A DNA stretch of 64,000 nucleotides from Obrimoposthia wandeli. Lineage: Eukaryota. The position numbers and the translations under genes are program-made. How positions within the stretch are numbered: the stretch's first letter is position 1; every line of letters begins with the position of its first letter. The notes beneath the pieces are model-generated. The model had not been told where the DNA came from. It did no database searches and saw nothing but the letters and a program-made list of their open reading frames with translations. Positions 39,280 through 50,163 of this stretch are shown in pieces. The stretch is from assembly GCA_977020255.1 (NCBI GenBank), contig CDROCS010003093.1, positions 62,001 through 126,000 of the forward strand, given 5' to 3'.

Positions 39280-39980
39280 GCTTCTTAGTCGGTAAAAACC
39301 TCTCAGGTGGTTATGGCGGCCCAGATATCCTTAAAGGCTGTAATATAGAAGTAGACAAAGGAGAAGTCGCGGTAATCGTTGGCCCAAATGGCGCCGGTAA
39401 ATCGACTGCAATGAAAGCTTTTCTGGGTATGTTACAAATGACCGGTGGCAGCATTACACTGGGAGATCAAGATATTATTTCAATGACCCCTCAGCAACGC
39501 GTTATCGCTGGTATCGGCTTTGTGCCACAAACTGATAACGTTTTCACAGGGATGACAGTTGAAGAAAACCTAGAGATGGGCGGCTTTATTCGCAACGATG
39601 ATATCTCAGACACAATTGAAGAAATTTACCAGTTATTCCCTATCTTAAAGCAAAAACGTTTACAGGCGGCCGGTGAACTCTCGGGTGGCCAGCGTCAACA
39701 AGTAGCAGTCGGTAGGGCAATGATGACTCGACCTTCTGTACTGATGCTCGATGAGCCTACTGCGGGTGTATCTCCTATTGTGATGGATGAACTATTCGAT
39801 CGTATTTTAGAGGTAAAAGCAAAAGGTGTGGCTGTTTTAATGGTTGAGCAAAATGCACGCCAAGCACTAGAGATTGCCGATAAAGGCTATGTACTAGTGA
39901 TGGGTGAAAACCGTTTCACCGGTACCGGTCATGAGCTACTAGCTGATGATGACGTTCGCAAATCATTTTTAGGGGGTTAA
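39276..39980 (+). CDS. livF: Branched-chain amino acid-type ABC ATPase (LivF-like)
   Basis: GPNGAGKS, LSGGQRQQ, LDEPTAG and VEQNA motifs. Confidence 0.88.
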   Translation: MSFLVGKNLSGGYGGPDILKGCNIEVDKGEVAVIVGPNGAGKSTAMKAFLGMLQMTGGSITLGDQDIISMTPQQRVIAGIGFVPQTDNVFTGMTVEENLEMGGFIRNDDISDTIEEIYQLFPILKQKRLQAAGELSGGQRQQVAVGRAMMTRPSVLMLDEPTAGVSPIVMDELFDRILEVKAKGVAVLMVEQNARQALEIADKGYVLVMGENRFTGTGHELLADDDVRKSFLGG

Positions 39981-39983
39981 ACA

Positions 39984-41006
39984 GTGCCAGAATTAATCGA
40001 TGTTTTAAATGCCCTTGTGTTGATGAGCAATTACGTTTTAATACCGGCATTAACGTACGGATCTCAATTAGCTTTAGGTGCACTGGGTGTGACTTTAGTC
40101 TTTGGTATCTTACGCTTTTCTAACTTTGCTCACGGCGATACCATGGCCTTTGGAGCAATGGTCACCATTTTAATAACTTGGTGGTTTCAATCAATCGGCA
40201 TCTCCTTTGGCCCTCTACCTACTGCATTGTTAGCCTTGCCATTTGGCATAGTTGCTACCGCTATCTTTGTGTTAGTAACAGATAAAGTAATCTACAAGCA
40301 CTATAGAGGTATTGGCGCAAAACCTATTACCTTTGTAATGGTCTCTGTCGGTGTGATGTTTATCATGAACGGTTTAGTTCGTTTCATTATAGGCCCATCA
40401 GATCAGCGATTTGCCGATGGCGAGCGTTTCATCTTTAAAGCACGTGAATTTAAAGACTGGAGTGGCTTAGCTGAAGGTTTGGCGCTACGCACCTCACAAG
40501 TCATCACTATCGTTATTGCTGTTATTTTGGTTGCCGCACTGTTTTGGTTTTTACAGAAAACGAAAACAGGTAAGGCAATGCGCGCCTTTTCTGATAACGA
40601 AAACTTAGCGCTATTATCAGGTATTGACCCTGATAAGATCGTACGTATCACTTGGATACTCGCCGCTTTGCTTGCCACTGTAGCAGGTGTTTTATATGGA
40701 TTAGATAAGAGCTTCAAACCTTTTGTTTATTTCCAATTATTACTCCCTATTTTCGCCGCAGCGATTGTTGGAGGTTTGGGTAAGCCTATCGGTGCTATCG
40801 CCGGCGGATTTATTGTGGCATTTTCTGAAGTTGCAATAACCTATGTTTATAAAAAATTCTTAATTTACTTACTCCCCCAAAGCATGGAGCCAGACAGCTT
40901 AGTACAGTTGTTAGCTACTGAGTACAAGTTTGCAGTATCGTTTGTTATTTTGGTATTAGTGCTGCTCGTTAAACCCACCGGCTTATTTAAGGGGAAAGTG
41001 GTATGA
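39984..41006 (+). CDS. livH: Branched-chain amino acid-type ABC permease (LivH-like)
   Basis: ALGVTLVFGILRFSNFAHG, TGKAMRA and AIVGGLG motifs. Confidence 0.86.
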   Translation: MPELIDVLNALVLMSNYVLIPALTYGSQLALGALGVTLVFGILRFSNFAHGDTMAFGAMVTILITWWFQSIGISFGPLPTALLALPFGIVATAIFVLVTDKVIYKHYRGIGAKPITFVMVSVGVMFIMNGLVRFIIGPSDQRFADGERFIFKAREFKDWSGLAEGLALRTSQVITIVIAVILVAALFWFLQKTKTGKAMRAFSDNENLALLSGIDPDKIVRITWILAALLATVAGVLYGLDKSFKPFVYFQLLLPIFAAAIVGGLGKPIGAIAGGFIVAFSEVAITYVYKKFLIYLLPQSMEPDSLVQLLATEYKFAVSFVILVLVLLVKPTGLFKGKVV

Positions 41007-42382
41007 ATATGCTAAACAATCCTACTTTACGTCCTTATCTCGCATTCGGGATTATGGCGGCGTTACTAATTTTTGTCGGCACCACACAATCTTGGGGTGT
41101 TTCACTTACCATCATCAATATGTGCATCATCTCAGCCATAATGACACTGGGTGTGAATATTCAATGGGGTTATGCCGGCTTATTCAATGTCGGTATCATG
41201 GGCTTTTGTGCGCTAGGTGGAGCAGCTGCCGTTTTAGTCTCAAAGGCACCTGTAAATGAAGCATGGAGCGCAGGTGGCGCAGGTATTGGCTTAGCCGCAC
41301 TGAGTTTAATAGGTGGTTGTTCTCTGGTTTTTGTCTTGCATAAAATTTGGGGAAAACGTCCATTTCGCAACACAATTACCTTTATAGCAGCGCTAGGCGT
41401 TTACTTTCTTGCTCGTCATTTCTACGACCCTGCCAGCGCAGCAATTGAAGCAATAGATCCTGCGAAATCTGGATATTTAGGCGGCTTAGGGCTACCTATT
41501 ATCTTCTCTTGGCTCGTAGGTGGTCTTTTTGCTGCAGGCGCTGCCTGGCTTATAGGTAAAGTAACCTTAGGTTTACGTACTGATTATCTAGCAATTGCCA
41601 CTTTAGGTATCGCTGAAATTATTGTCGCGTTGTTAAAAAACGAAGACTGGCTTACCCGTGGTGCAAAAAATGTAACAGGCTTACCACGCCCTGTTCCCTA
41701 TGAGCTAGAATTACAGCAAAACAGCTGGTTTATTGATTTAGTCAGCAGCTTCAATTCTGATGTACTTGCTAATTTAGCCACTGATGAGCGAGCAGCTATG
41801 CTGAAAACTCTCGTCATGGACGCCTCAGGTATTTTTGTTAAGCTCTGTTATGCCGCGCTGTTCTTAACGGTGTTAATACTGTTATTTGCACTGTGTCAGC
41901 TTGCTTTAAACTCTCCTTGGGGGCGTATGGTACGTGCAATACGCGACAACGAAACTGCTGCAGCTGCGATGGGTAAAGACATTAAGGCACGCCATTTACA
42001 AATATTTGTTTTAGGCTCTGCTGTCGTCGGTATTGCAGGAGCGATGATGACAACCTTAGATGGCCAGTTCACTCCAGGCACTTATAACCCATTACGCTAT
42101 ACATTCCTGATATGGGTAATGGTTATCGTCGGTGGCTCTGGTAATAATTTAGGCTCGATTCTCGGTGGATTCTTAGTTTGGTTCATCTGGATTGAAGCTG
42201 AGCCACTAGGTACTTGGCTAATGGATGTTGTGACGGCTGGATTAGACCCTGCAAGCGCACTCAAAGCACATCTGTTAGGTAGTGCACAATACATGCGATT
42301 AATGGTGATGGGCGCGGTCTTGATTCTCGTCATGCGCTACACCCCTGGCGGCATACTTCCTGAAAAATCAGGCGCAAAATAA
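41003..42382 (+). CDS. livM: Branched-chain amino acid-type ABC permease (LivM-like)
   Basis: GVNIQWGYAGLFNVG, LRTDYLAIATLG and SPWGRMVRAIRDNE motifs. Confidence 0.86.
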   Translation: MNMLNNPTLRPYLAFGIMAALLIFVGTTQSWGVSLTIINMCIISAIMTLGVNIQWGYAGLFNVGIMGFCALGGAAAVLVSKAPVNEAWSAGGAGIGLAALSLIGGCSLVFVLHKIWGKRPFRNTITFIAALGVYFLARHFYDPASAAIEAIDPAKSGYLGGLGLPIIFSWLVGGLFAAGAAWLIGKVTLGLRTDYLAIATLGIAEIIVALLKNEDWLTRGAKNVTGLPRPVPYELELQQNSWFIDLVSSFNSDVLANLATDERAAMLKTLVMDASGIFVKLCYAALFLTVLILLFALCQLALNSPWGRMVRAIRDNETAAAAMGKDIKARHLQIFVLGSAVVGIAGAMMTTLDGQFTPGTYNPLRYTFLIWVMVIVGGSGNNLGSILGGFLVWFIWIEAEPLGTWLMDVVTAGLDPASALKAHLLGSAQYMRLMVMGAVLILVMRYTPGGILPEKSGAK

Positions 42383-42620
42383 GTACTACTTTACGAGGGA
42401 TGGATTAGCTAAAGTCTAATTCATCAATGAGTTTTCTATCGGGATATTTATTTGCAAAAATAAGTAAAACTTAATACGCATTTATCCAATAAGGTACTAT
42501 TTTTTAATGGCAGTCTATGTAAAACTCCATGACTGTATAAATAATAAAAATTAATAGCTGGCTGTTTATTCAAGGTTAATCATAACAGCCACTACATTAT
42601 GTAAAATTTGGAGATTACTA

Positions 42621-43814
42621 ATGAAAAAGCATCTTTTAGCTGCAGCTCTATCAGCCGCATTAGCTACTACTAGCTTCGCTAATGCAGCAGACACTATTAA
42701 AGTGGGCGTTATTTTAGGTTTCACAGGTCCCATTGAATCACTTACACCAGATATGGGTGCATCAGCTGAGCTCGCTTTTAAAGAAGCATCTGATTCTGGC
42801 ATGTTACTCGGTGGCAAAACCATAGAGTCTATTCGTGCTGACTCTACGTGTGTCGACGCGTCTGCTGCAACTGCTGCCGCTGAACGTCTTATAACATCTG
42901 ATAAAGTCGTAGCTATTATGGGCGCAGATTGCTCTGGTGTAACCACTGCGATCGCTAACTCTGTTGCTATACCAAATGGTGTGGTAATGGTTTCGCCATC
43001 TGCAACAACCCCTGCACTGACGACTATTGAAGATAAAGGTTTCTTCTTTCGTACAGCACCCTCTGATGCACGCCAAGGCCAAGTACTTGCCGATGCTGTC
43101 TTTGAAGGCGGCATCAAGAACATCGCTGTAACCTACACTAACAACGATTACGGTAAAGGCTTATCTGATTCTTTCGTTGGTGCTTTTAAAGCACTCGGTG
43201 GGAAAGTATCAATTATTGCAGCACATGAAGATGGCAAAGCGGATTACTCTGCTGAAGTAGCAGCACTAGCAGCTTCTGGCGCAGATAAGCTAGCGGTTCT
43301 TGGCTACTTAGATCAAGGCGGCAAAGGGATTATCCAAGCATCAATTGATACTGGTGCCTTTGAAACATTCGCACTAGGTGATGGCATGATTGGCCAGTCA
43401 CTTGTTGATGCGTTTGGCAAAGACATGGTTGATTCAATTGGTACATCTCCAGGCGGTGCTAGTGATGCAGGTGCTAAATTCGTCGCTATGGCAAAAGCGA
43501 ACAAGATTGGCGGTGAAGGCCCATATGATGGAACTTCTTACGATGCCGGTGCTTTAATCGCACTTGCAATTCAAGCAGGTAACTCTGCTGATCGTGCTTC
43601 TATCCAAGCGAACATGAATAAAGTTGCCAATGCACCAGGCACTAAAATTTACCCAGGCGAGCTAAAGAAAGCACTTGAAATTCTAGCCAGCGGTGGCGAG
43701 ATTGACTATGTTGGTGCAACTAACATTGAGTTTAGTGATGTAGGTGAAGTTTACGGTACTTACAAGCAGCTTGAAATCAAAGACAACAAGTTCTCTATCG
43801 TTAAAATTCGTTAA
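42621..43814 (+). CDS. Periplasmic substrate-binding protein (LivK/Peripla_BP_6 type)
   Basis: Signal peptide, GVILGFTGP, MGADCSGVT, SPSATTPAL, FFRTAPSD and NNDYGKG motifs. Confidence 0.9.
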   Translation: MKKHLLAAALSAALATTSFANAADTIKVGVILGFTGPIESLTPDMGASAELAFKEASDSGMLLGGKTIESIRADSTCVDASAATAAAERLITSDKVVAIMGADCSGVTTAIANSVAIPNGVVMVSPSATTPALTTIEDKGFFFRTAPSDARQGQVLADAVFEGGIKNIAVTYTNNDYGKGLSDSFVGAFKALGGKVSIIAAHEDGKADYSAEVAALAASGADKLAVLGYLDQGGKGIIQASIDTGAFETFALGDGMIGQSLVDAFGKDMVDSIGTSPGGASDAGAKFVAMAKANKIGGEGPYDGTSYDAGALIALAIQAGNSADRASIQANMNKVANAPGTKIYPGELKKALEILASGGEIDYVGATNIEFSDVGEVYGTYKQLEIKDNKFSIVKIR

Positions 43815-43893
43815 TAGAACTCAGTATCTAATATTTTTAGGTGCGATTATCTGCTAAATAACACTCTACTAAGAATGTTGTGATGCATACCTT

Positions 43894-43923
43894 AAAAGCC
43901 AGTATATTTATACTGGCTTTTTT
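43894..43923 (+). terminator. Rho-independent terminator after the liv-type operon
   Basis: AAAAGCCAGTAT-attt-ATACTGGCTTTTTT. Confidence 0.8.
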
Positions 43924-44022
43924 GTTTACAACAATAATAGTGTGATAACACAGTGGCACTACTTTTAAGTAATATATTGCGCACTGCGCTACTCAATCAC
44001 CATCACCTTGTGAGAATATATT

Positions 44023-44898
44023 TTGAATGATTTACACAATTCAAAAGCCGCCCTATATATGATGCTTTCCATGGCTCTGTTCACTCTGGGCGATGCCATA
44101 ATTAAGTTCCTCAGTAAGGACTTACCTATAGGCCAAATCGTTTTTTTACGAGGGCTAATTGTTTGTGTCTTATTTTTATTGTTATTACGCTATCAAAAAC
44201 AACCGTTTTTCCCGAGCGCCTGCTGGAACAGATGGAATTTGTTACGCTCGGTTTTAGAGCTACTGGTCGCTTGCTGCTATTTAGTAGGTTTAACTCTTTT
44301 ACCTTTGGCAACCGCACTCATTTTAGTGTTTTCAGCGCCCATTATGCTTACTATACTGGCCTCGCTAATGCTCAAAGAAAAAGTCGGTTGGCGTCGCTGG
44401 GGGGCAGTCATCACCGGTTTTATAGGCGTTGTGTTAGTCGCAGACTTACAACAAGTTTCATTAAGCTCATGGGCAATTGCCCTGCCGCTATTAGCTGCGT
44501 TTTTGACCGCATTACGCGATATATTTATGCGTAATGTCCCTTCCGTTTTAACATCAACTCAAGTTTCCTTTACTATTGCTTGGGTAGTCACTCTGGGTGG
44601 ATTAGCGACGTTCCCGCTGGGATGGAGTTCTGTTACTACCGCTCATGTGAGCTTGCTTTCAATCGGTGCGGTATTTATTTTATCTGCTTACTTAAGCTAC
44701 GTCATTGCCACGCGTATGGGCGAACTATCATTTATCTCACCTTTTAAATACACCTCAATACCCTTGGCTATGACAATCGGCTACTTAGTGTGGGGAGATA
44801 TTCCCAGCACAACATCCTACATTGGCACCGCAGTAATCGTGGCATCAAGCATGTTTATATTAATTAGAGCAGCAAAGAAAAAAACAGTAGTGGATTAG
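44023..44898 (+). CDS. DMT/EamA family transporter
   Basis: About 10 TM segments; LKEKVGWRRWGAVITGFIGV and SPFKY motifs. Confidence 0.88.
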   Translation: MNDLHNSKAALYMMLSMALFTLGDAIIKFLSKDLPIGQIVFLRGLIVCVLFLLLLRYQKQPFFPSACWNRWNLLRSVLELLVACCYLVGLTLLPLATALILVFSAPIMLTILASLMLKEKVGWRRWGAVITGFIGVVLVADLQQVSLSSWAIALPLLAAFLTALRDIFMRNVPSVLTSTQVSFTIAWVVTLGGLATFPLGWSSVTTAHVSLLSIGAVFILSAYLSYVIATRMGELSFISPFKYTSIPLAMTIGYLVWGDIPSTTSYIGTAVIVASSMFILIRAAKKKTVVD

Positions 44899-45041
44899 CG
44901 CAGCTTAAAACGTTTGAATAAAGCAGTTAGAAAACAAGGAATTTTAGAGTGAATAACAATTTATAATCGACAGTGAGATATGCGAAGCTTTCTAAAAGGA
45001 GACATATTCAGAAAGTTGAGACTGGATGTTCTTTAGTAAAA

Positions 45042-45076
45042 CAGCCTCTAAATTCATAATTTAAATCTAGAGGCTG
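45042..45076. terminator. Inverted repeat between convergent DMT and fba genes
   Basis: CAGCCTCTA (45042-45050) and TAGAGGCTG (45068-45076). Confidence 0.5.
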
Positions 45077-45087
45077 GAACGGTTAGG

Positions 45088-46137
45088 TTAATAAGTACCG
45101 TTTTCGTAGCCTGTAGCCATATCTTCTAAGCTGATCGCTTTAATTTTGCTCGCTTGTCCGGCTGCACCAAATGCTTCGTAACGTGCCATACTAATATCAC
45201 GCATTGCTGTGATAGAGACAGCCAAGAATTTACGCGGATCAAATTCAGCAGGGTTTTGTGCAAGAAAACGTCTAATAGAACCGGTAGATGCCAAACGTAA
45301 ATCTGTATCGATGTTTACTTTACGCACACCGTGCTTAATACCTTCAACTATTTGCTCAACAGGTACACCATACGTTTCAGGTATCTGGCCACCAAATTCG
45401 TTGATAATTGCCAACCACTCTTGAGGCACTGATGAAGAACCATGCATGACAAGATGTGTATTAGGTATAGAGCTATGAATACGCTTAATCAAGTCGATTG
45501 ACAGAATATCACCTGTTGGTGGACGGCTAAACTTGTACGCACCGTGTGATGTACCACAAGCAATTGCTAGTGCATCAACTTTAGTTTTAGCGACAAAATC
45601 TGCAGCTTCATCTGGGTCTGTTAGCATTTGATCCATCGATAATTTGCCTTCTGCACCAACGCCATCCTCTTCACCCGCTTCACCTGTTTCTAAAGATCCG
45701 AGACAACCTAGTTCTCCTTCGACAGAAACACCACACGCATGTGCCATTTCAACAGTGCGACGGGTAACATCTACATTGTATTCGTAAGATGCTGGGGTCT
45801 TACCATTTTCTTGTAGTGATCCGTCCATCATCACTGATGAGAAACCCATAGCAATAGAGCGCTGGCATATAGCAGGAGAGGTACCATGATCTTGATGCAT
45901 ACATACTGGTATATGCGGAAATTCAGCAATCGCGGCTAAAATCATATGTCTTAGGAAGTTGGATCCTGCATATTTTCTAGCGCCAGCTGATGCTTGTACT
46001 ATAACAGGAGAATCCGTTTTATCGGCAGCCTCCATGATGGCACGCATTTGCTCTAAATTGTTGACGTTAAAAGCGGGAATACCATAGTTATTCTCTGCTG
46101 CGTGATCTAGCAGTTGGCGCATTGAAATTAAAGCCAT
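45088..46137 (-). CDS. fba: Class II fructose-bisphosphate aldolase (type B / 'Calvin-cycle' subtype)
   Basis: [39 protein letters not shown] and VMHGSSSVP motifs. Confidence 0.95.
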   Translation of the reverse strand: MALISMRQLLDHAAENNYGIPAFNVNNLEQMRAIMEAADKTDSPVIVQASAGARKYAGSNFLRHMILAAIAEFPHIPVCMHQDHGTSPAICQRSIAMGFSSVMMDGSLQENGKTPASYEYNVDVTRRTVEMAHACGVSVEGELGCLGSLETGEAGEEDGVGAEGKLSMDQMLTDPDEAADFVAKTKVDALAIACGTSHGAYKFSRPPTGDILSIDLIKRIHSSIPNTHLVMHGSSSVPQEWLAIINEFGGQIPETYGVPVEQIVEGIKHGVRKVNIDTDLRLASTGSIRRFLAQNPAEFDPRKFLAVSITAMRDISMARYEAFGAAGQASKIKAISLEDMATGYENGTY

Positions 46138-46352
46138 ATCTCTTCACCTGTCATTTTGGTTCTTTGTTTTGCTGTTATATTAACCAGCATCGATTTTGAT
46201 GCGGCATTCTACCAGAGCTAGCCCTCAAGTTCTAAAATTTTAGAGATATCTTGTGAATAAAACCGTTCTAAGGCAGCTTTATTATTTTTATCAATTTTAA
46301 AGATACTCATCTATTTCATATGATTTAAGGCAATCCTACAAACTAGCTACCT

Positions 46353-47738
46353 TCAGGGCTTATAATCCTTTTTATCCAAACCATATTTTTTCATTTTATC
46401 GTACAAGGTTTTACGTGGTAGCTCTAAGCTTGTCTGTGTGTCGCGAATAGAGCCACCACACTTTCCTAGTTCGGTATGTATTAAAAGCTTTTCAAACTGT
46501 CCTACTTGCTCTGCTAAGTTCAAACCTGGACTATCTTGGGTGATCAGTTTGTTATCAAAATCAAACGTGCAGTTTTCTCCTAGCAATACATTACGCTCTG
46601 CTATATTTCGCAGTTCTCGAATATTACCCGGCCAATCATGCGTCATTAGAGCAGCCATACGCTCTCTAGATAGCTCTTCTACGTCGCGGCCATATTGGGT
46701 TGAAGCTATAATTGAAAAGTGCTGAAACAACAAAGGGATATCGTCTTTTCTTTGTCTTAATGGCGGAATAGTTACTTTAACCACATTTAGCCGGTAGTAA
46801 AGGTCTTCTCTAAACTCGCCTTTTTCAGCTAATGCTTTTAAATCTACTTTTGTGGCTGCAACAATTCGGATATCCAAATTAATGGATTCGTTTGAGCCTA
46901 ACCGCTCAATGCTCCGATCTTCTATTACTCTCAGTAACTTTACTTGTAACGCCAATGGCATGCTCTCTATTTCATCAAGAAATACAGTGCCTGCATTAGC
47001 GTACTCGAACTTACCTATTCTGCGGGCTTTGGCATCGGTAAATGCACCCTTCTCATGACCAAACAACTCGCTTTCAATTAAGTTCTCAGGCACAGCACCA
47101 CAGTTTATCGCCACAAATTTATGATCGCGTCGCTGGCTATGCTCATGTATATAACGCGCTAATAAATCCTTACCGGTACCGGTCTCGGCCTCTATTAAAA
47201 TATCAGTTGGAGCATCTGCAACACTTTTAACGATTCTTCTAAGCTGTATGATTTCAGCTGTATTACCAATAATTCTTGGCCCTAGCGCACTTTGGCTTTC
47301 TAGTTCGTCACGCAAACGTTGGTTTTCTAAGGATAATGAGCGTTTCTCACTGGCTCTTCGTATCACCTCGACCAACCTATCTGGTGCAAACGGTTTTTCT
47401 AAAAAGTCGTAAGCGCCTTGCTGTATCGCACTAACAGCCATAGAAATATCACCGTGACCTGTCATCAAGATCATCGGAATATCACTGTCTATCACATTCA
47501 CTTGTTCCATTAGCATCATGCCATTCATGCCAGGCATACTGATATCCGAAACGATTACACCGTCCCACATGGGCGTTAATAGCGATAAAGCCTCTTGAGC
47601 GTTACTGCTGGTTATTACCTCAAAACCGGCTAATTCAATACTTTGTGCAATCGACATCCTGATCGCTTGTTCATCATCAACCAGTAATACTTTATTGCAC
47701 ATTTGCTTACCTCTATTTATTGGTGTTGAGTGTTGCAT
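46353..47738 (-). CDS. dctD: Sigma-54-dependent response regulator
   Basis: Receiver domain, AETGTGKD, ESELFGHEKGAFTDA, WPGNIREL and C-terminal Fis-like HTH. Confidence 0.85.
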   Translation of the reverse strand: MQHSTPINRGKQMCNKVLLVDDEQAIRMSIAQSIELAGFEVITSSNAQEALSLLTPMWDGVIVSDISMPGMNGMMLMEQVNVIDSDIPMILMTGHGDISMAVSAIQQGAYDFLEKPFAPDRLVEVIRRASEKRSLSLENQRLRDELESQSALGPRIIGNTAEIIQLRRIVKSVADAPTDILIEAETGTGKDLLARYIHEHSQRRDHKFVAINCGAVPENLIESELFGHEKGAFTDAKARRIGKFEYANAGTVFLDEIESMPLALQVKLLRVIEDRSIERLGSNESINLDIRIVAATKVDLKALAEKGEFREDLYYRLNVVKVTIPPLRQRKDDIPLLFQHFSIIASTQYGRDVEELSRERMAALMTHDWPGNIRELRNIAERNVLLGENCTFDFDNKLITQDSPGLNLAEQVGQFEKLLIHTELGKCGGSIRDTQTSLELPRKTLYDKMKKYGLDKKDYKP

Positions 47739-47743
47739 TGAGC

Positions 47744-49960
47744 TTAGCCTTTTTGCAGTAAGACAGAAAATTGTGCGCCGCTGGTGTGAGGCTCTTGCTG
47801 TTGTGAGTAGTTTTGAGCAGATAACTCCCCACCTAAATCTTCAATAATGCGTTGAGAAATAGACAGACCTAGCCCTAACCCCTGCCCTTCTGTTTTGGTT
47901 GTAAAGAAAGGCTCAAAAACCTTTGATAAATGCGCCTCACTGATACCTAAACCATTGTCCCTTACCCGTATTTTAATTAACCCAGTGCCTTGTAGTAATT
48001 GGTCAATAATCACACTGGGTTGCTCGAGTATATTTGAGTTATGCTCGGCAGCATGCATAGCGTTTGCTATAAGATTGACCATAACTTGCTCTAAGCGTAG
48101 TAAATCACCGCAAACTAATAAATCAACTTCAGGCTCATGCCAAGTAACGCAAACTTTTGATTTTTCTAACTTAGGATACAAAATAGCTAACACACCACTG
48201 CGCAGAGCCATGACAGAAACTGATTGTTGTAAGCCACTGCTTTTTCTTGAAAACTCTTTTAGGGGGTGCAATATTTTTGCCATGCGCTCCGTCAATAATG
48301 ATATTTCAGCAAAGTTCTGATCAACTCTGTCTTCTTTTTGTAGTGCTAGGTATTTTCGACCATTATCTGCATAGCCTCTAATTGCCATTAAAGGCTGATT
48401 CAACTCATGATTTATCCCCGTCGACATCTGGCCTATAACGGCAAGTTTAGCAGCTTGTACTAGCTCGTTTTGGGTTTGGCTGTGCTGCTCTATTTCTTCG
48501 GTTAATCGCTCATTCGCTTGGGTGAGCTCAATAGTGCGCTTTTCGACTCGACTCTCCAATAACCGCTTAGATTGATCTAGTTGTGCTTCGTATTGTTTTC
48601 GCTCAGTAATATCTTGTACTGTAATCAAAAAATGCAGGGCGCCTTGTTGATGCATTTTGCCCACCACAAATTCTATCGGTAGCTTATTATCATTACGACA
48701 TAGAAATCGCCCCTCTATTAATACTTCTGATGTATTAAAGCGTTGCTCATCTATTTGTTGTAAGTACAGTTTTTCATCAACATCTTGCAATAAAGGATAA
48801 AAAGGCATCCCCTGCAAATCATCTTGAGTATACATAAACATTTCTTGGGCAGTCACGTTCATTGATTCAATACAGCCTGTCGTATCTAACGTAATAAGCC
48901 CTGCTCTGGTGTTATTAATAATGGCCTTAACTCGGGCCTCACTATTTTCTAAAGACTGTAACTCTCTGAGCTCAAACAAGGATTTCTGTTTTGCGATTCT
49001 GCGTCTTGCCCAAATCACCATTCCCAGTAATACCAGTGCCACATAGACGGTACCAACATACAGCATGTTAGCAAGGACTTGTCGCTGCACTGTTTCTAAG
49101 TTAGCTAGTATGGATACGTTTAAATCGCTATTACCCACCACACTTTGTTGTATCAAATACCTGTGCTCTTTTTTGGCGAATTTAGGCTCTAATACCGTAA
49201 TGATCTGGCTATTTTGCTGGCTCAACTGCCGTTTAGTGATGTTCAGTGCGACCAGCTTTTGGCCTATATAACGTTTACTTGCAGCTATTCTCTCTAAATC
49301 TTTCTTTTGTAATGATTTAAGCGTTCTAAACTTCCAATCATCACGCGTCGATATAAAAATCACCCCATCTTCATCACTCACGATTAATTCTATATCTTGC
49401 TCACTCCAATCTTGCTCTATCTCGTTTAAGTCGATTTTAACCACAATCACACCAATAATCACACCTCGATGGCGCACTGGATACGAGTAATAAAAACCTC
49501 TTTTTTTAGAGGTGGTACCTAGTGCAAAGTATTGTCCTAACTCTCCACCCATTGCCTTAATAAAATACGGCCTGAAGTTAAAATTGCGACCTATAAAAGT
49601 GGTGGGGCTTTGCCAACTGCTTGCTGCAACGGTGACACCGTCACTATTCATTAAATAGGTATCACGCGTACCTAACACATTATTCACTTGCTCTAAACGC
49701 AGATTGGCACGAATAAAGTCATTAGAGTTTGCTTGGCTACGCAATGCACGCACTAAATCAGGGTGAGTGGAGAGTAATTGCGGGATATCCCTAAAACGAG
49801 CCAATTTTTGGCGCATCGTTAAGATATAGCGGTTTAAATCCGCATGGGTGCGCTGCTGCAATTTTGCAATGGCATTTTGCTGTGAATATTCAGAGATTAA
49901 GCTGAGCACTAATACCAAGCCTAGCAATAATATGACGCTAATAAATGAGCGCTTGAACAC
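47744..49960 (-). CDS. dctB: DctB-like sensor kinase (Cache, PAS, HisKA, HATPase)
   Basis: FIGRNFNFRPYF, LGTTSKKRGFYYSYPV, GINHELNQPL and GLGLGLSIS motifs. Confidence 0.85.
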   Translation of the reverse strand: MFKRSFISVILLLGLVLVLSLISEYSQQNAIAKLQQRTHADLNRYILTMRQKLARFRDIPQLLSTHPDLVRALRSQANSNDFIRANLRLEQVNNVLGTRDTYLMNSDGVTVAASSWQSPTTFIGRNFNFRPYFIKAMGGELGQYFALGTTSKKRGFYYSYPVRHRGVIIGVIVVKIDLNEIEQDWSEQDIELIVSDEDGVIFISTRDDWKFRTLKSLQKKDLERIAASKRYIGQKLVALNITKRQLSQQNSQIITVLEPKFAKKEHRYLIQQSVVGNSDLNVSILANLETVQRQVLANMLYVGTVYVALVLLGMVIWARRRIAKQKSLFELRELQSLENSEARVKAIINNTRAGLITLDTTGCIESMNVTAQEMFMYTQDDLQGMPFYPLLQDVDEKLYLQQIDEQRFNTSEVLIEGRFLCRNDNKLPIEFVVGKMHQQGALHFLITVQDITERKQYEAQLDQSKRLLESRVEKRTIELTQANERLTEEIEQHSQTQNELVQAAKLAVIGQMSTGINHELNQPLMAIRGYADNGRKYLALQKEDRVDQNFAEISLLTERMAKILHPLKEFSRKSSGLQQSVSVMALRSGVLAILYPKLEKSKVCVTWHEPEVDLLVCGDLLRLEQVMVNLIANAMHAAEHNSNILEQPSVIIDQLLQGTGLIKIRVRDNGLGISEAHLSKVFEPFFTTKTEGQGLGLGLSISQRIIEDLGGELSAQNYSQQQEPHTSGAQFSVLLQKG

Positions 49961-50163
49961 AATAAGGGTACTCGCTTAATTGTTGGATTTAAAAAATTTA
50001 AAAAACACTTCATTTTGAAGCGGCTAAAATAAGCTACTATTCAACGCAAAGTATTAGAACAATACTGGCATGCTTAGTTATACTAGCGATTTTGAGCACC
50101 TATAGTAACGTATTTTTAAGCAGCAGTGCTCAACGTTAACCTCACAAGGTAAAAATTACTGCT

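Noticed and set aside
42566-43123. 185-aa minus-strand ORF, and the other 60-140-aa ORFs overlapping larger genes (e.g. 10812, 13948, 31975, 47895)
   Set aside because: Antisense or off-frame shadows of well-supported genes, with no recognisable motifs.
45088-46137. Evidence of autotrophy from a 'Calvin-cycle subtype' aldolase
   Set aside because: This subtype is also the ordinary glycolytic aldolase in many heterotrophs, and no RuBisCO or phosphoribulokinase is in the window.
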